From NCBI GenBank assembly GCA_964586155.1, contig CAZPHC010000002.1:8403-72402 (forward strand): 64,000 bases of DNA, written 5' to 3'. Both the position numbers and the translations under genes were made by a program. Of this stretch, positions 11,618 to 20,314 are shown in pieces. The notes under the pieces were generated by a model. That model was not told the origin of the DNA, did not search any database, and was given only the letters and a program-made list of their open reading frames with translations. Positions within the stretch are counted from its first letter, which is position 1, and every line of letters begins with the position of its first letter. The stretch is from an uncultured Enterobacteriaceae bacterium. GTDB lineage: Bacteria; Myxococcota_A; UBA9042.

Positions 11618-14600
11618 CTACTTGGTCGGCACGGTCTGGTTGCCGCAGGCCGTGATGCCGGCGGCCATCGTCATCACCTGGTAGCCGTCCCAGATCGCGC
11701 CGGTGTAGGTCTCGCCGACCGCCGAGACGTAGCCGGTCGAGGGGTTGTACGCGGCGGCCCAGAGGTAGCGGTTCTGCGCGGTCGAGTCGAAGACGTACTC
11801 GGCGGACATGTTGCCGACGCTCGTGGTGCGCAGCATCCACGGGCGGTAGCGGCCGGCCGCGGTGTCGTACTTGCGGCCGACGGCGATGACGGCCGAGCCA
11901 TAGGGCGTCAGGTCGCGGAACTCGTCGTAGGACGTCGAGCCAAAGCGCTTGTCGCCGAGCGCGCCCAGCGTGGTCTGATCGGCGCGCACGATCCAGCCGT
12001 CGGTGCTGTTGCTGCCGTTGCTGACGCCGCCCGCGGCCCAGATCGTCGAGGTGCCGTAGATCTGGATCGCGTTGAGCACGTCGCTGCCGCTGGTGCCGAA
12101 GGTGTTCTGGCCGACCTGGCTGCCGTTCGCGTCGAACGCCGTGATCACGCCATCATTGCCGCCGAACGCGCCGTCGGTGGTGTAGCCCGCCGCGAAGATC
12201 TTGCCCGTCGAGGACACGGCCAGGCCCATGAACAGGTAGTGGTCGTACTTGAACGAGATCGACGGGAAGGACGAGATGACCTTCACGCCGATCTTCGCCT
12301 TCTGCCACTCGACGTAGCCCGACTTGGCGAGGTTCAGCTTGACCAGCCAGCCGCAGTAGTAGGCCGGAGCCTGGTTGTTGAACGACTGCGAGTAGCCCAC
12401 GGCGTAGGCGGTGGTCGCGTTCACGGCCACGACGTCGCGCAGCATGTCGGGCTTGGCGCCGCCGGTGATCAGGAAGTTCTTGAGCACGTTGCCTTTGTCG
12501 TCGACGTGCACGGCCCAGCCGTCGTTGTTGTTGGCGGTGCCGGTGTAGCGGTAGCCGACGCCGAGGTAGGTGGACGAGGTCGACATCGCCGCGACGGCCT
12601 GCAAGGCGTCGGCGTTGTTGTCCGCGGACGAGAACGCGAGGGTCTTGGCCCAGACGATGTTGCCGACCTTGTCGCGGCGGGTCATCTGGCCGTCGAGGCC
12701 CTTGCCCGTCGTCTCGCCGACCGCGAGCGTGCCCTGATCGAGCGTCGGCACGACGTCGTACAGGCGGTTGGTGACGGCGCCACCGATCTGCTTGATGCCG
12801 ACGCGGCAACCACACGCCCCGGAATTGCAGGCCGAGTAGCTGCCTTGCTCGCAGGTGCTGCCCTCCAGCGTCGCCACGTTGGTGCAGGCGCCCGTCTTCG
12901 GGTTGCAGGCGTCGGCGGTGCAGATCGTGGTGTCTGCGCAGGACTTGGCCTTGCCCGAGACGCAGGCACCCGAGGCGCAGACATCGTTCAAGGTGCACAG
13001 GTTGCCGTCCTCGCACGGGCTGGTGTTGTTGACGTGGCTGCACGAGCCGGTCTTGGGCACGCAGGCGTCGGTGGTGCACGGGTTGCCGTCGTCGCAGTTG
13101 ACCGGCGTCGTCGCGCAGGTACCCGCGCCGTCGCAGGCGTCGCCCGTGGTGCAGGCCAGGCCGTCGCTGCAGGGGAAGCCCTTGGCCTGCGGCGTCGTCG
13201 CGCACGAGCCGGTCTTGAGGCTGCAGGCGTCCGCGGTGCAGGGGTTGCCGTCGTCGCAAACCACGGCCTTGCCGAGGCAGCCGCCCGTCGACGAGCAGGT
13301 GTCGGCGGTGGTGCAGGCGTCGCCGTCGTTGCAGGCGGCGCCGGCGGTGACGGTGTTGGTGCAGGTCACGGCGGTGCCCGAAGGGGCGCATTTGTCGACC
13401 GTGCAGGTGTTGTTGTCGTTGCAGTCGGCGTCGACCTTGCAGGCGCAGTTGTAGGTGCCGGGCTTGCAGACGCCCGCGGCGCATTTGTCGCTGCTGGTGC
13501 AATCGCTGCCGTCCTCGCAGGCCGTGCCGTCGATCTTGGGCTTCTTGCCGCAGTTGCCCGACTCGGGGCTGCAGATGCCTTCGTTGCAGGCGTCACCGGC
13601 GCAGGTCTTGGGGTTGGCGCCGGCGCACTTGCCCGCGCCGTCGCAGGTGTCGGTCTGGGTGCAGAGGTTGCCGTCGTTGCAGCCCGCGCCCTTGGCCTTG
13701 GGCTTGAGGCCGCAGGCGCCGGTCTTGGCGTCGCAGGTGCCGTCGTTGCAGGCGTCGCCGGCGCATGCCTTGGGGTTGGCGCCGACGCAGGCGCCCGCGC
13801 CGTCGCAGGTGTCGGTCAGGCTGCAAGCGTCGCCGTCGTTGCAGCTGGTGCCCTTGGTCGCCGGGGCCGAGCCGCACGCGTCCTTGACGTCGTCGCAGAC
13901 CGGGACGAGGCAGCTCGACGTCGTCGCGCAGAGCTTCGGCTTGCCGCCGGTGCAGGTGCCCTTGCCGTCGCAGGCCTCGCCCTCGTTGCAGAACAGGCCG
14001 TCGTCACAGGCCGCGCCCGCCGACTTGGGCGTCTTGACGCATTGCTGGGCCTTGGCGTCGCAGGTGCCGGTGTTGCAGGTGTCCGCGACGCCGCTGCAGT
14101 CGCGTGCCGCACCCGCGACGCACTTGCCGCTGCCGTCGCAGGCGTCGTTGTCGGTGCAGTACTCGCCGTCATCGCAGAGCGTGCCCTTGGTCGCCGGCGT
14201 GGTCTTGCAGGTGCCGGTCTTGGCGTCGCAGCTCGCCACGTTGCAGGCGTCGCCGCTGCCCGCGCAGTCGACCGCGTTGCCCGCGATGCAGGCGCCGGCC
14301 TGGCAGACGTCGTCAACGGTGCAGAGGCTGCCGTCCGCGTCGCACTTGCTGCCGTCAGCCTTGGTCGCCTTGTCGCAGGTGCCCGTCACCGGGTTGCAGG
14401 CGGTGTCGACGCATTTGCTCGCGTCGGCGGAGCAGTCCTTCGGTGTGCCGCCGGTGCAAGCGCCGGCCTTGCACGCGCCCGAGCCGGGGTTCAGGCAGAC
14501 GTTGCTGGGTGAGCAGCTGCCGCCTTCCTTCGCGGCCTGGTCGAACACGCAGTTGCCGGCCTTGCACGAGTCGGCGGTGCAGGGGTTGTTGTCGTTGCAC

Positions 14601-16258
14601 TCGCTGTCCTTTTCGCAGCCGCAGCCCTCGATCTCCTTGTTCACCGCCGTGACGATGCATTGGCCGGACTTGCAGCCCGTCTGCGTGCAGATGTCGCCGT
14701 CGTCGCAGGTGCCGCCATCGTTGGGCTTGCTCGCGCAGCCCTTGGCGCCCGTCGCGTCGCAGGTGTCGGTGGTGCAGGGGTTGTTGTCGTTGCAGTTCGC
14801 GTCCGTCGCCTTGTTGGTGCAGCTGCCGGTCTTGCTGTCGCAGCCGTCGAACGTACACGGCACGCCGTCGTCGCAGGCCTTGGCGGTGCCGGTGCAGGCG
14901 CCGTTGCTGCAGCTGTCGCCCTCGGTGCAGGGGTTGTCGTCGTTGCACGCGTCGCCGCCCGGGCTCGAGACGCAGCCGGCCACGGGATCGCACGAGTCGA
15001 GCGTGCAGGGGTTCTTGTCGTCACAGGCCTTGTCGGCCGAGCCGGTGCAGAGGCCGGCCTTGCAGGTGCTGGTGCCGGTGCAGACGTCGTTGTCGTCGCA
15101 GGGCTTGCCCTCTTGCAGCGCCGCGGTCGCGCACTTGCCGGTCTTGGCGTCGCAGGTCGTCTTGGCGCAGAAGCCGTCCGACGAGGTGTCACACACGATC
15201 GCCTTGGCCGCGTCGATCACGCACTTCGAGGTGCTCGCGTCGCACAGGCGCGGCAGGCAGAGGTTGGTCTGGTCGCAGTCGCCATCCTTCTCGCACGAGC
15301 ACTCGTTGTCGCTGCCGACGCAGGTGCCGGTCTTGTCGCAGGCGTCGACCTTGGTGCAGACGTCGCCGTCGTCGCATGTGGCGCCCTCGTTGACGCCGGT
15401 CGCGGTGCAGCCGACCGCGAGCTGGCAGGCCAGGATCACGCAGGCGTCGTCGCTGGCGCAGGCCTTGTCGTCGCCCAGGTGCTGGCAACCCTTGGTCTTG
15501 TCGCAGGTATCGACGGTGCAGGGCAGGCCGTCGTTGCACGAGTCCAGCTTGCCGCTGCAGGCGCCCTCGAGGCAGAAGTCGGACTTGGTGCAGGCGTCGC
15601 CGTCGTCGCACGCCAGCGTCAGGTCGGTGATCGGGTCGTGCATCACCTTGGCACCCTGGTCGCAGTAGTCCTTGGTGCAGGGGTTGCCGTCGTCGTAGTC
15701 CGCGTCCGTCGCAGCGACGCAGGCCCCCTCGACGCATTTGGTGCCGCAGATGCCCAGGCCGCAATGCGATCCGTCGGCCTTGGGCCCGACCTTGCACGTC
15801 GCGCCGGTGTCACACGCGGCCTGCTCGCAGTTGCCCAGGGGAGTGCCGGGATCACAGACGGTGCCTTGCTTCTTGGCCTCGGCGACGCAGGTGCCGGCCT
15901 CGTTGCAGAGCGCCTCCTGGCAGGTGCCGACGACCATCGACGGATCCTTGCACGGCGTCCCCGCGTCACGGTTCTTGAGCTTGCAGAAGCCGGCCTGGCA
16001 CGTCGGGACGTTGCAGGGCGTCTTGCCCTTGATCCCGGCGCAGTCGAAGTCCGTGATGCACTCGCCGCCGACGCTGTCGACGCTGATATCGCTGGCGGTG
16101 TCGCTTCCCACGTCCGCCAAGGTGTCGAGGTCGGCGACGCCGTCGATGTCCTCGATCGTGACCTCGCCGCAGCTCGCGCTCGCGATCAGCGCCAGGACGG
16201 CCAGGGTTCCACGGAGCGGGGCCACGAGCCGCCGATCCAACACCAATCGATTCGCCAT
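11618..16258 (-). CDS. Giant secreted lipoprotein (1546 aa): about 1100 aa of DDGNPCT-type Cys-rich repeats followed by a roughly 420-aa C-terminal beta-propeller-like repeat domain (possibly delta-60-type)
   Basis: The ATG at 16258 has GAGG upstream and the lipobox is LIASASC. It contains dozens of C-x-DG-x-x-CT-x-D-x-C units. The C-terminal region is rich in G/Y/T/S with a periodic GxxxDG-type pattern. Confidence 0.85.
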   Translation of the reverse strand: MANRLVLDRRLVAPLRGTLAVLALIASASCGEVTIEDIDGVADLDTLADVGSDTASDISVDSVGGECITDFDCAGIKGKTPCNVPTCQAGFCKLKNRDAGTPCKDPSMVVGTCQEALCNEAGTCVAEAKKQGTVCDPGTPLGNCEQAACDTGATCKVGPKADGSHCGLGICGTKCVEGACVAATDADYDDGNPCTKDYCDQGAKVMHDPITDLTLACDDGDACTKSDFCLEGACSGKLDSCNDGLPCTVDTCDKTKGCQHLGDDKACASDDACVILACQLAVGCTATGVNEGATCDDGDVCTKVDACDKTGTCVGSDNECSCEKDGDCDQTNLCLPRLCDASTSKCVIDAAKAIVCDTSSDGFCAKTTCDAKTGKCATAALQEGKPCDDNDVCTGTSTCKAGLCTGSADKACDDKNPCTLDSCDPVAGCVSSPGGDACNDDNPCTEGDSCSNGACTGTAKACDDGVPCTFDGCDSKTGSCTNKATDANCNDNNPCTTDTCDATGAKGCASKPNDGGTCDDGDICTQTGCKSGQCIVTAVNKEIEGCGCEKDSECNDNNPCTADSCKAGNCVFDQAAKEGGSCSPSNVCLNPGSGACKAGACTGGTPKDCSADASKCVDTACNPVTGTCDKATKADGSKCDADGSLCTVDDVCQAGACIAGNAVDCAGSGDACNVASCDAKTGTCKTTPATKGTLCDDGEYCTDNDACDGSGKCVAGAARDCSGVADTCNTGTCDAKAQQCVKTPKSAGAACDDGLFCNEGEACDGKGTCTGGKPKLCATTSSCLVPVCDDVKDACGSAPATKGTSCNDGDACSLTDTCDGAGACVGANPKACAGDACNDGTCDAKTGACGLKPKAKGAGCNDGNLCTQTDTCDGAGKCAGANPKTCAGDACNEGICSPESGNCGKKPKIDGTACEDGSDCTSSDKCAAGVCKPGTYNCACKVDADCNDNNTCTVDKCAPSGTAVTCTNTVTAGAACNDGDACTTADTCSSTGGCLGKAVVCDDGNPCTADACSLKTGSCATTPQAKGFPCSDGLACTTGDACDGAGTCATTPVNCDDGNPCTTDACVPKTGSCSHVNNTSPCEDGNLCTLNDVCASGACVSGKAKSCADTTICTADACNPKTGACTNVATLEGSTCEQGSYSACNSGACGCRVGIKQIGGAVTNRLYDVVPTLDQGTLAVGETTGKGLDGQMTRRDKVGNIVWAKTLAFSSADNNADALQAVAAMSTSSTYLGVGYRYTGTANNNDGWAVHVDDKGNVLKNFLITGGAKPDMLRDVVAVNATTAYAVGYSQSFNNQAPAYYCGWLVKLNLAKSGYVEWQKAKIGVKVISSFPSISFKYDHYLFMGLAVSSTGKIFAAGYTTDGAFGGNDGVITAFDANGSQVGQNTFGTSGSDVLNAIQIYGTSTIWAAGGVSNGSNSTDGWIVRADQTTLGALGDKRFGSTSYDEFRDLTPYGSAVIAVGRKYDTAAGRYRPWMLRTTSVGNMSAEYVFDSTAQNRYLWAAAYNPSTGYVSAVGETYTGAIWDGYQVMTMAAGITACGNQTVPTK

Positions 16259-16300
16259 GAACGCCTCAATGCAGCGACAGTCTGGTCGCGAGTCCAGCCG

Positions 16301-16330
16301 AGCCTAGCGACTCGACCCCTTCGCCGTCAA
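16301..16330 (-). promoter_or_regulatory. Candidate sigma-70-type promoter for the 1546-aa lipoprotein gene: TTGACG-N18-TAGGCT on the minus strand
   Basis: TTGACG is the complement of 16325..16330, and TAGGCT is the complement of 16301..16306, which is 45 nt upstream of the ATG. Confidence 0.3.
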
Positions 16331-16381
16331 AGGAAGATCGCCCCGTGCACGCCAAAAGGCGCATGCCGAGCGGCGGCGCAT

Positions 16382-17032
16382 CTACGACGCGACGACGAGG
16401 ACCCAGATGTCGTAGAGCGCGTGGGTCCAGGCTGCCGTGGCGAAGCCGCGCAGCAGGAACAGGCCGCCGAACAGCAGCCCCATCGCGGCGCGAAAGACGA
16501 ACGCGCCCAAGGCCCACGGCTCCACCAGGTGGTGAGCGGCCGAGAAGACGACGGAGCTGACGAACCAGACACCAAGCAGCACAGCGGGTTGGCGCCGCCA
16601 GCCCTCGCCGCCGAAGCGCCGGCCCAGCGCCGCGATGCCGCCGAGGCGAAAGACGAGCTCCTCGTGGAAGCCGGCGCCAAAGCTGATCAGGATCGCGTCG
16701 AGGGCTCCCATCGGCGCGCCCGCCGCCGCGAGGGGCACAGCGACCCGCGCGGCCGGCGTGGCCAGCGCGTCCAGCAGGTGGTGCGTCGCAAGCCCCGACA
16801 GGACGCCGCAGAGCACGGCGTAGCTGGCGCATTCGACGAAGAACGGCACCAGCCAGCGCGCCGCCAGCCGGCCCTTGCTCGCCAGCCAGACGACGAGTCC
16901 GGCCTGGATCAGCGCCACGACGGCGTAGAAGACGACCCAGGGCATCGCGCCGACCAGACCCGCCGCGCGGAACGCCGCGTCCAGCCCCACCGTCACCAGG
17001 TCCGCGCCGTTGCGGACCTCTGGCGCGAACAT
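16382..17032 (-). CDS. CPBP-family (CAAX protease / Abi) intramembrane metalloprotease
   Basis: All three CPBP motifs are present: HEELVFRLGG, FSAAHH and HALYD. There are 6 predicted TM helices. The ATG at 17032 is the first in-frame ATG, and the N-terminus could extend slightly further via a non-ATG start. Confidence 0.8.
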   Translation of the reverse strand: MFAPEVRNGADLVTVGLDAAFRAAGLVGAMPWVVFYAVVALIQAGLVVWLASKGRLAARWLVPFFVECASYAVLCGVLSGLATHHLLDALATPAARVAVPLAAAGAPMGALDAILISFGAGFHEELVFRLGGIAALGRRFGGEGWRRQPAVLLGVWFVSSVVFSAAHHLVEPWALGAFVFRAAMGLLFGGLFLLRGFATAAWTHALYDIWVLVVAS

Positions 17033-17193
17033 CGTGCCCAGGCCGTGGACCGCCAGCAGCGGCAGGGTCAACGCCGCGGCGCCGAGCGGCGACGCCGTCT
17101 CGCGCAGGTACGACTGCCAGGGCGAATCGCCGCCGCTGCGGGTCCCCGCGCGTGCAGACCTCGCCCCGCGGGCGCTGCCGGCGGCCTGCGGGC

Positions 17194-18138
17194 TCAGAGC
17201 GGCACCGCCACCGCGGCGCTCGCGGCCAGGGCGTCTGCGTGCTCGACGACGAAGCGCCTGCTGGCCTCGTCCCAGACCTCGGTGCGAATGGCGCGCAGCC
17301 CGTCGGGGCCGAGCGTCAGCACGCTCAGGTGTGCGAGCTGACCGTGGCCCGGCCGGTGCCAGGTCGACGAACCGCAACCCAGCACCCAGAGCGACGACGC
17401 GCCGCGCACCACGCGCCCGCGATGCGGCGGGTGCGTGTGGCCGTGCAGCAGCACCTGCACGCCGAGGGCCAGCAGCGCGTCGACCACGGCGTCGGCGTCG
17501 CGCATCCGCGAGGTCCACTCGGTCGCCTTGCCGCGACGATGGACGTTGTGGTGGACCAGGACGACGCGCGTCGTCACGTCGCTCGGTTCCTGGGCGATGC
17601 GCGCGGCCAGCCGGTCGAGCTGGGCCCGGCCGACCTCGCCCCAGGCGATCATCGGCGGCGCGGGGATCGCGCTCGACAGGCCGTAGATCCGCAACCAGGG
17701 CGTGGGCGCCTTGCACCAGGGGTAGTCGTCGCGGCGCGCGGTGCCGGAGGTCCACGGGGCGAGCGCGTGGTCGGCGCGATCGGCACGGGCGGCGCCAGCG
17801 GTGTAGACGTCGTGGTTGCCCGGCACCGCCGAGAGCCGGCCGCCGTCGCCGATCCGGGCGAGCAGCCGGGCACCAGCGGCGAACTCCGACGGCAGGGCGA
17901 GGTTGGTCAGGTCCCCGGTGAAGGCGACGTGATCGATCGCAGCGTCGTCGAGGCGCTGCACCAACGCGTCGGCGAGCCAGCTCGGGTGCGCGCCGCGCCG
18001 CGGCCCGATCAGGTTGCCCAGGCCGGTGAGGCGCTTGTTCAGCATCCGCCACGGCGGCGTGCCGGCGAGCTCGAGGACGTGCAGATCGCTGATGTGCGCG
18101 AGATGGAAGCTGTCCACGACTCCCCCTGGCTCGGGCAT
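17194..18138 (-). CDS. Calcineurin-like metallophosphoesterase
   Basis: Motifs DLHV, GDLTN, GNHD and HGHTH are present. The internal ATG at 18138 fits the family N-terminus. The 380-aa track ORF has an Arg-rich junk extension. Confidence 0.8.
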   Translation of the reverse strand: MPEPGGVVDSFHLAHISDLHVLELAGTPPWRMLNKRLTGLGNLIGPRRGAHPSWLADALVQRLDDAAIDHVAFTGDLTNLALPSEFAAGARLLARIGDGGRLSAVPGNHDVYTAGAARADRADHALAPWTSGTARRDDYPWCKAPTPWLRIYGLSSAIPAPPMIAWGEVGRAQLDRLAARIAQEPSDVTTRVVLVHHNVHRRGKATEWTSRMRDADAVVDALLALGVQVLLHGHTHPPHRGRVVRGASSLWVLGCGSSTWHRPGHGQLAHLSVLTLGPDGLRAIRTEVWDEASRRFVVEHADALAASAAVAVPL

Positions 18139-18310
18139 CCGGGGCGGGACCGTCGGTCCGCCGTGCCGCCTGCGCCAGCGTCGCGCTTCCTGCTTCGAGC
18201 GGCAAGCCGTTGCACGCGGCGCCCCTGCGCGCCTCTGGCGGCCCGAGCCCTTGAAGTCCACGCAGGGCCGGCGTACTGTCTTGGCCCGCTCCTGGCCGGG
18301 AGGAGAGTGC

Positions 18311-19105
18311 ATGAGCAACCGACGCCGCATCCGCAAGACCTACAAGCAGTCCCAGAAAGAGATCGTCGAGACGCCCGAGATCATCGAGGAGCAGCTCTGG
18401 TCGATGTCCGAGTGGATGGAGGAGCACTGGCGGCCGATCGTCGCCGTGCTCGGCGCCGTGACGATCATCTGGGGAGGCATCGGCCTGTACCAGATCGTCT
18501 CGGCCCGTGGCGCTCGCTCCACGGCCGCCAGCAACGCCCCGGTGTACGCCGCCGCGCTGCGCCCGATCTACACGCCTGCGCCGGACGCGCCCGCCGACGA
18601 TCCGGCCAAGCCTCTCGGCGCCACGTTCGGCTCCGCCAAGGAGCGCGCCGAGGCCGTGGTCAACGCCGCAGCCGGCCTCGAGGGTGACGAGAAGGTCCTC
18701 GCCGAGGTCGTCGTCGGCGCCGCCAAGGGCACGCTGGGCCAGTTCGACGCGCAGATCGCCGCGCTCGACGCCGCCATCGCCGCCGCTGGCGACGCGCCCC
18801 TCGCCATCGGCCTGCAGGCGCAGCGCGCCACCGCGCTGATGGCTGCCGGCAAGTCGGCCGAGGCCGCCGAGGCCTGGCAGAAGGTCGCCGCGGCCGCCCC
18901 GACCGCCGCGCTCAAGGGCCTGGCCCAGATCCGCATCGGTGACCTCTACAACGCCAACGCCGGCAGCAAGGCCGCCGATCCGGCCAAGGCCAAGGCCGCC
19001 TACGAGGCCGCCATCGCCGCGCTCGCCGTCGAGGGCAAGGCTCCGACGGACGGCAACGCCGGCTTCCTGCATATCGAAGCGACGGCGAAGCTCGGGCAAC
19101 TCTGA
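18311..19105 (+). CDS. Membrane-anchored periplasmic protein with a short cytoplasmic N-terminus, one TM helix and an Ala-rich helical (TPR-like) domain; YfgM-like
   Basis: The ATG at 18311 has AGGAGAG upstream. The topology and size resemble E. coli YfgM, and the gene lies immediately upstream of a BamB-like gene, as in the E. coli yfgM-bamB arrangement. Confidence 0.6.
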   Translation: MSNRRRIRKTYKQSQKEIVETPEIIEEQLWSMSEWMEEHWRPIVAVLGAVTIIWGGIGLYQIVSARGARSTAASNAPVYAAALRPIYTPAPDAPADDPAKPLGATFGSAKERAEAVVNAAAGLEGDEKVLAEVVVGAAKGTLGQFDAQIAALDAAIAAAGDAPLAIGLQAQRATALMAAGKSAEAAEAWQKVAAAAPTAALKGLAQIRIGDLYNANAGSKAADPAKAKAAYEAAIAALAVEGKAPTDGNAGFLHIEATAKLGQL

Positions 19106-19107
19106 TC

Positions 19108-20295
19108 ATGCTCGCAGGCTCGGCCGGGACCCCGGTGCGGTCGCGCCCGTCGCGCACGCGATCGAGGCTCGGGACCGTCTGGTGCGCCGTGCTGGCTGCT
19201 TGGGCGACGTCCTTGACGGGCGCGTCCACGGCGTCGGCCGGCCCAGGCTTCGCCGAGGTCGTCTGGAAGGTCCCTGGCGCCCGACTGCCGGCGCTGGCCT
19301 GGAAGCCGATGCGCACGGCGCGGATCGTCGCCAGCCACGACGGCAGCACGATCTTCGCCCCGGGAGCCAAGGGCCTTCGCGCGCTGCGTGCGGACACCGG
19401 CGCGCTGCTCTGGACCGCCGAGACCGACGATCCGATCGCCAGCACCCCCTTGGTCGCGTCGACGCTCGTCTACGTCGCCGACGTCAGCGGCGCGCTCCAT
19501 GCGCTCGGCGTGCGCAACGGCGTGGCGGCCTTCGAGACGCCTCGTCAGCTCAACGCCACCGTCCGCGCACCGCTCGCGGGCGACGCAGAGCGGATCTACG
19601 CCGTCACCGAGCCCGGCAACGTCATGGCGATCGATCGCCGCAGCGGCAAGGTGCTGTGGCGACGGGCGAGCGCGGCCGGCCGTGACTTCCTGGCCGAGGG
19701 CACGAGCTCGCCGTTGGTCGTGGGCGACCAGGTCGTCGCCGGCATGGCCGACGGCACCCTGGTCGTGGTGCATGGCCGCGACGGTGGCATGGTCTGGAGC
19801 CGCGAGCTCGCCGGCAGCGGCGAGGGGCAGCCCGACGTCGACACGACGCCGGTCGCCATCGGCGCCGGCCCCGCTGCCCTGGTCCTGGCGGCCAGCCAAC
19901 GTGGCGGCATGTACGCGCTGCGGCTCGAGGACGGCGAACAGCGTTGGCACGTCCCGGGCGAAGGGTTCCGCACGCCCTTGATTCGCGGCCCCGTCGCGCT
20001 GGCCCTGCGTGGCGACCACCAGCTCGTGGCGCTGCGATGGACCGACGGCGCCGTGCTCCGCAGCCGCAAGCTCGACGGCGAACCGAGTGGCGACATGGCG
20101 CTCTGCGACCTGGGGGTGCTCGTCCCCGCCGGTGATGGCCTGTGGTTGCTCGACGGCGATTCGCTGCACGCGCGCGGTCGAATCGTCGACCCCTATGGCT
20201 TCGCGGCCGCACCGCTGGTCGCGGGCGACGCGGCCTGGGTCGTCGGCAACGACGGCAGCGTCTACGCGATGCGCCTGCACACACCGCGCCCGTGA
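19108..20295 (+). CDS. PQQ-repeat beta-propeller protein, BamB-like
   Basis: It has repeated PQQ-type blades: ALLWTAETDD, VMAIDRRSGKVLWRR, LVVVHGRDGGMVWSRE, MYALRLEDGEQRWH. It starts 3 nt after the preceding stop. Confidence 0.75.
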   Translation: MLAGSAGTPVRSRPSRTRSRLGTVWCAVLAAWATSLTGASTASAGPGFAEVVWKVPGARLPALAWKPMRTARIVASHDGSTIFAPGAKGLRALRADTGALLWTAETDDPIASTPLVASTLVYVADVSGALHALGVRNGVAAFETPRQLNATVRAPLAGDAERIYAVTEPGNVMAIDRRSGKVLWRRASAAGRDFLAEGTSSPLVVGDQVVAGMADGTLVVVHGRDGGMVWSRELAGSGEGQPDVDTTPVAIGAGPAALVLAASQRGGMYALRLEDGEQRWHVPGEGFRTPLIRGPVALALRGDHQLVALRWTDGAVLRSRKLDGEPSGDMALCDLGVLVPAGDGLWLLDGDSLHARGRIVDPYGFAAAPLVAGDAAWVVGNDGSVYAMRLHTPRP

Positions 20296-20314
20296 GCGCG
20301 AGGCGGAGGGAGCC

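Noticed and set aside
18139-18310. Sigma-54-like GG-N10-GC spacing (tggcccgctcctggcc) 33 nt upstream of the yfgM-like ATG
   Set aside because: The -12 element is TGGC rather than TTGC, and the implied start site would eliminate the strong AGGAGAG RBS. It is probably coincidental in GC-rich DNA.
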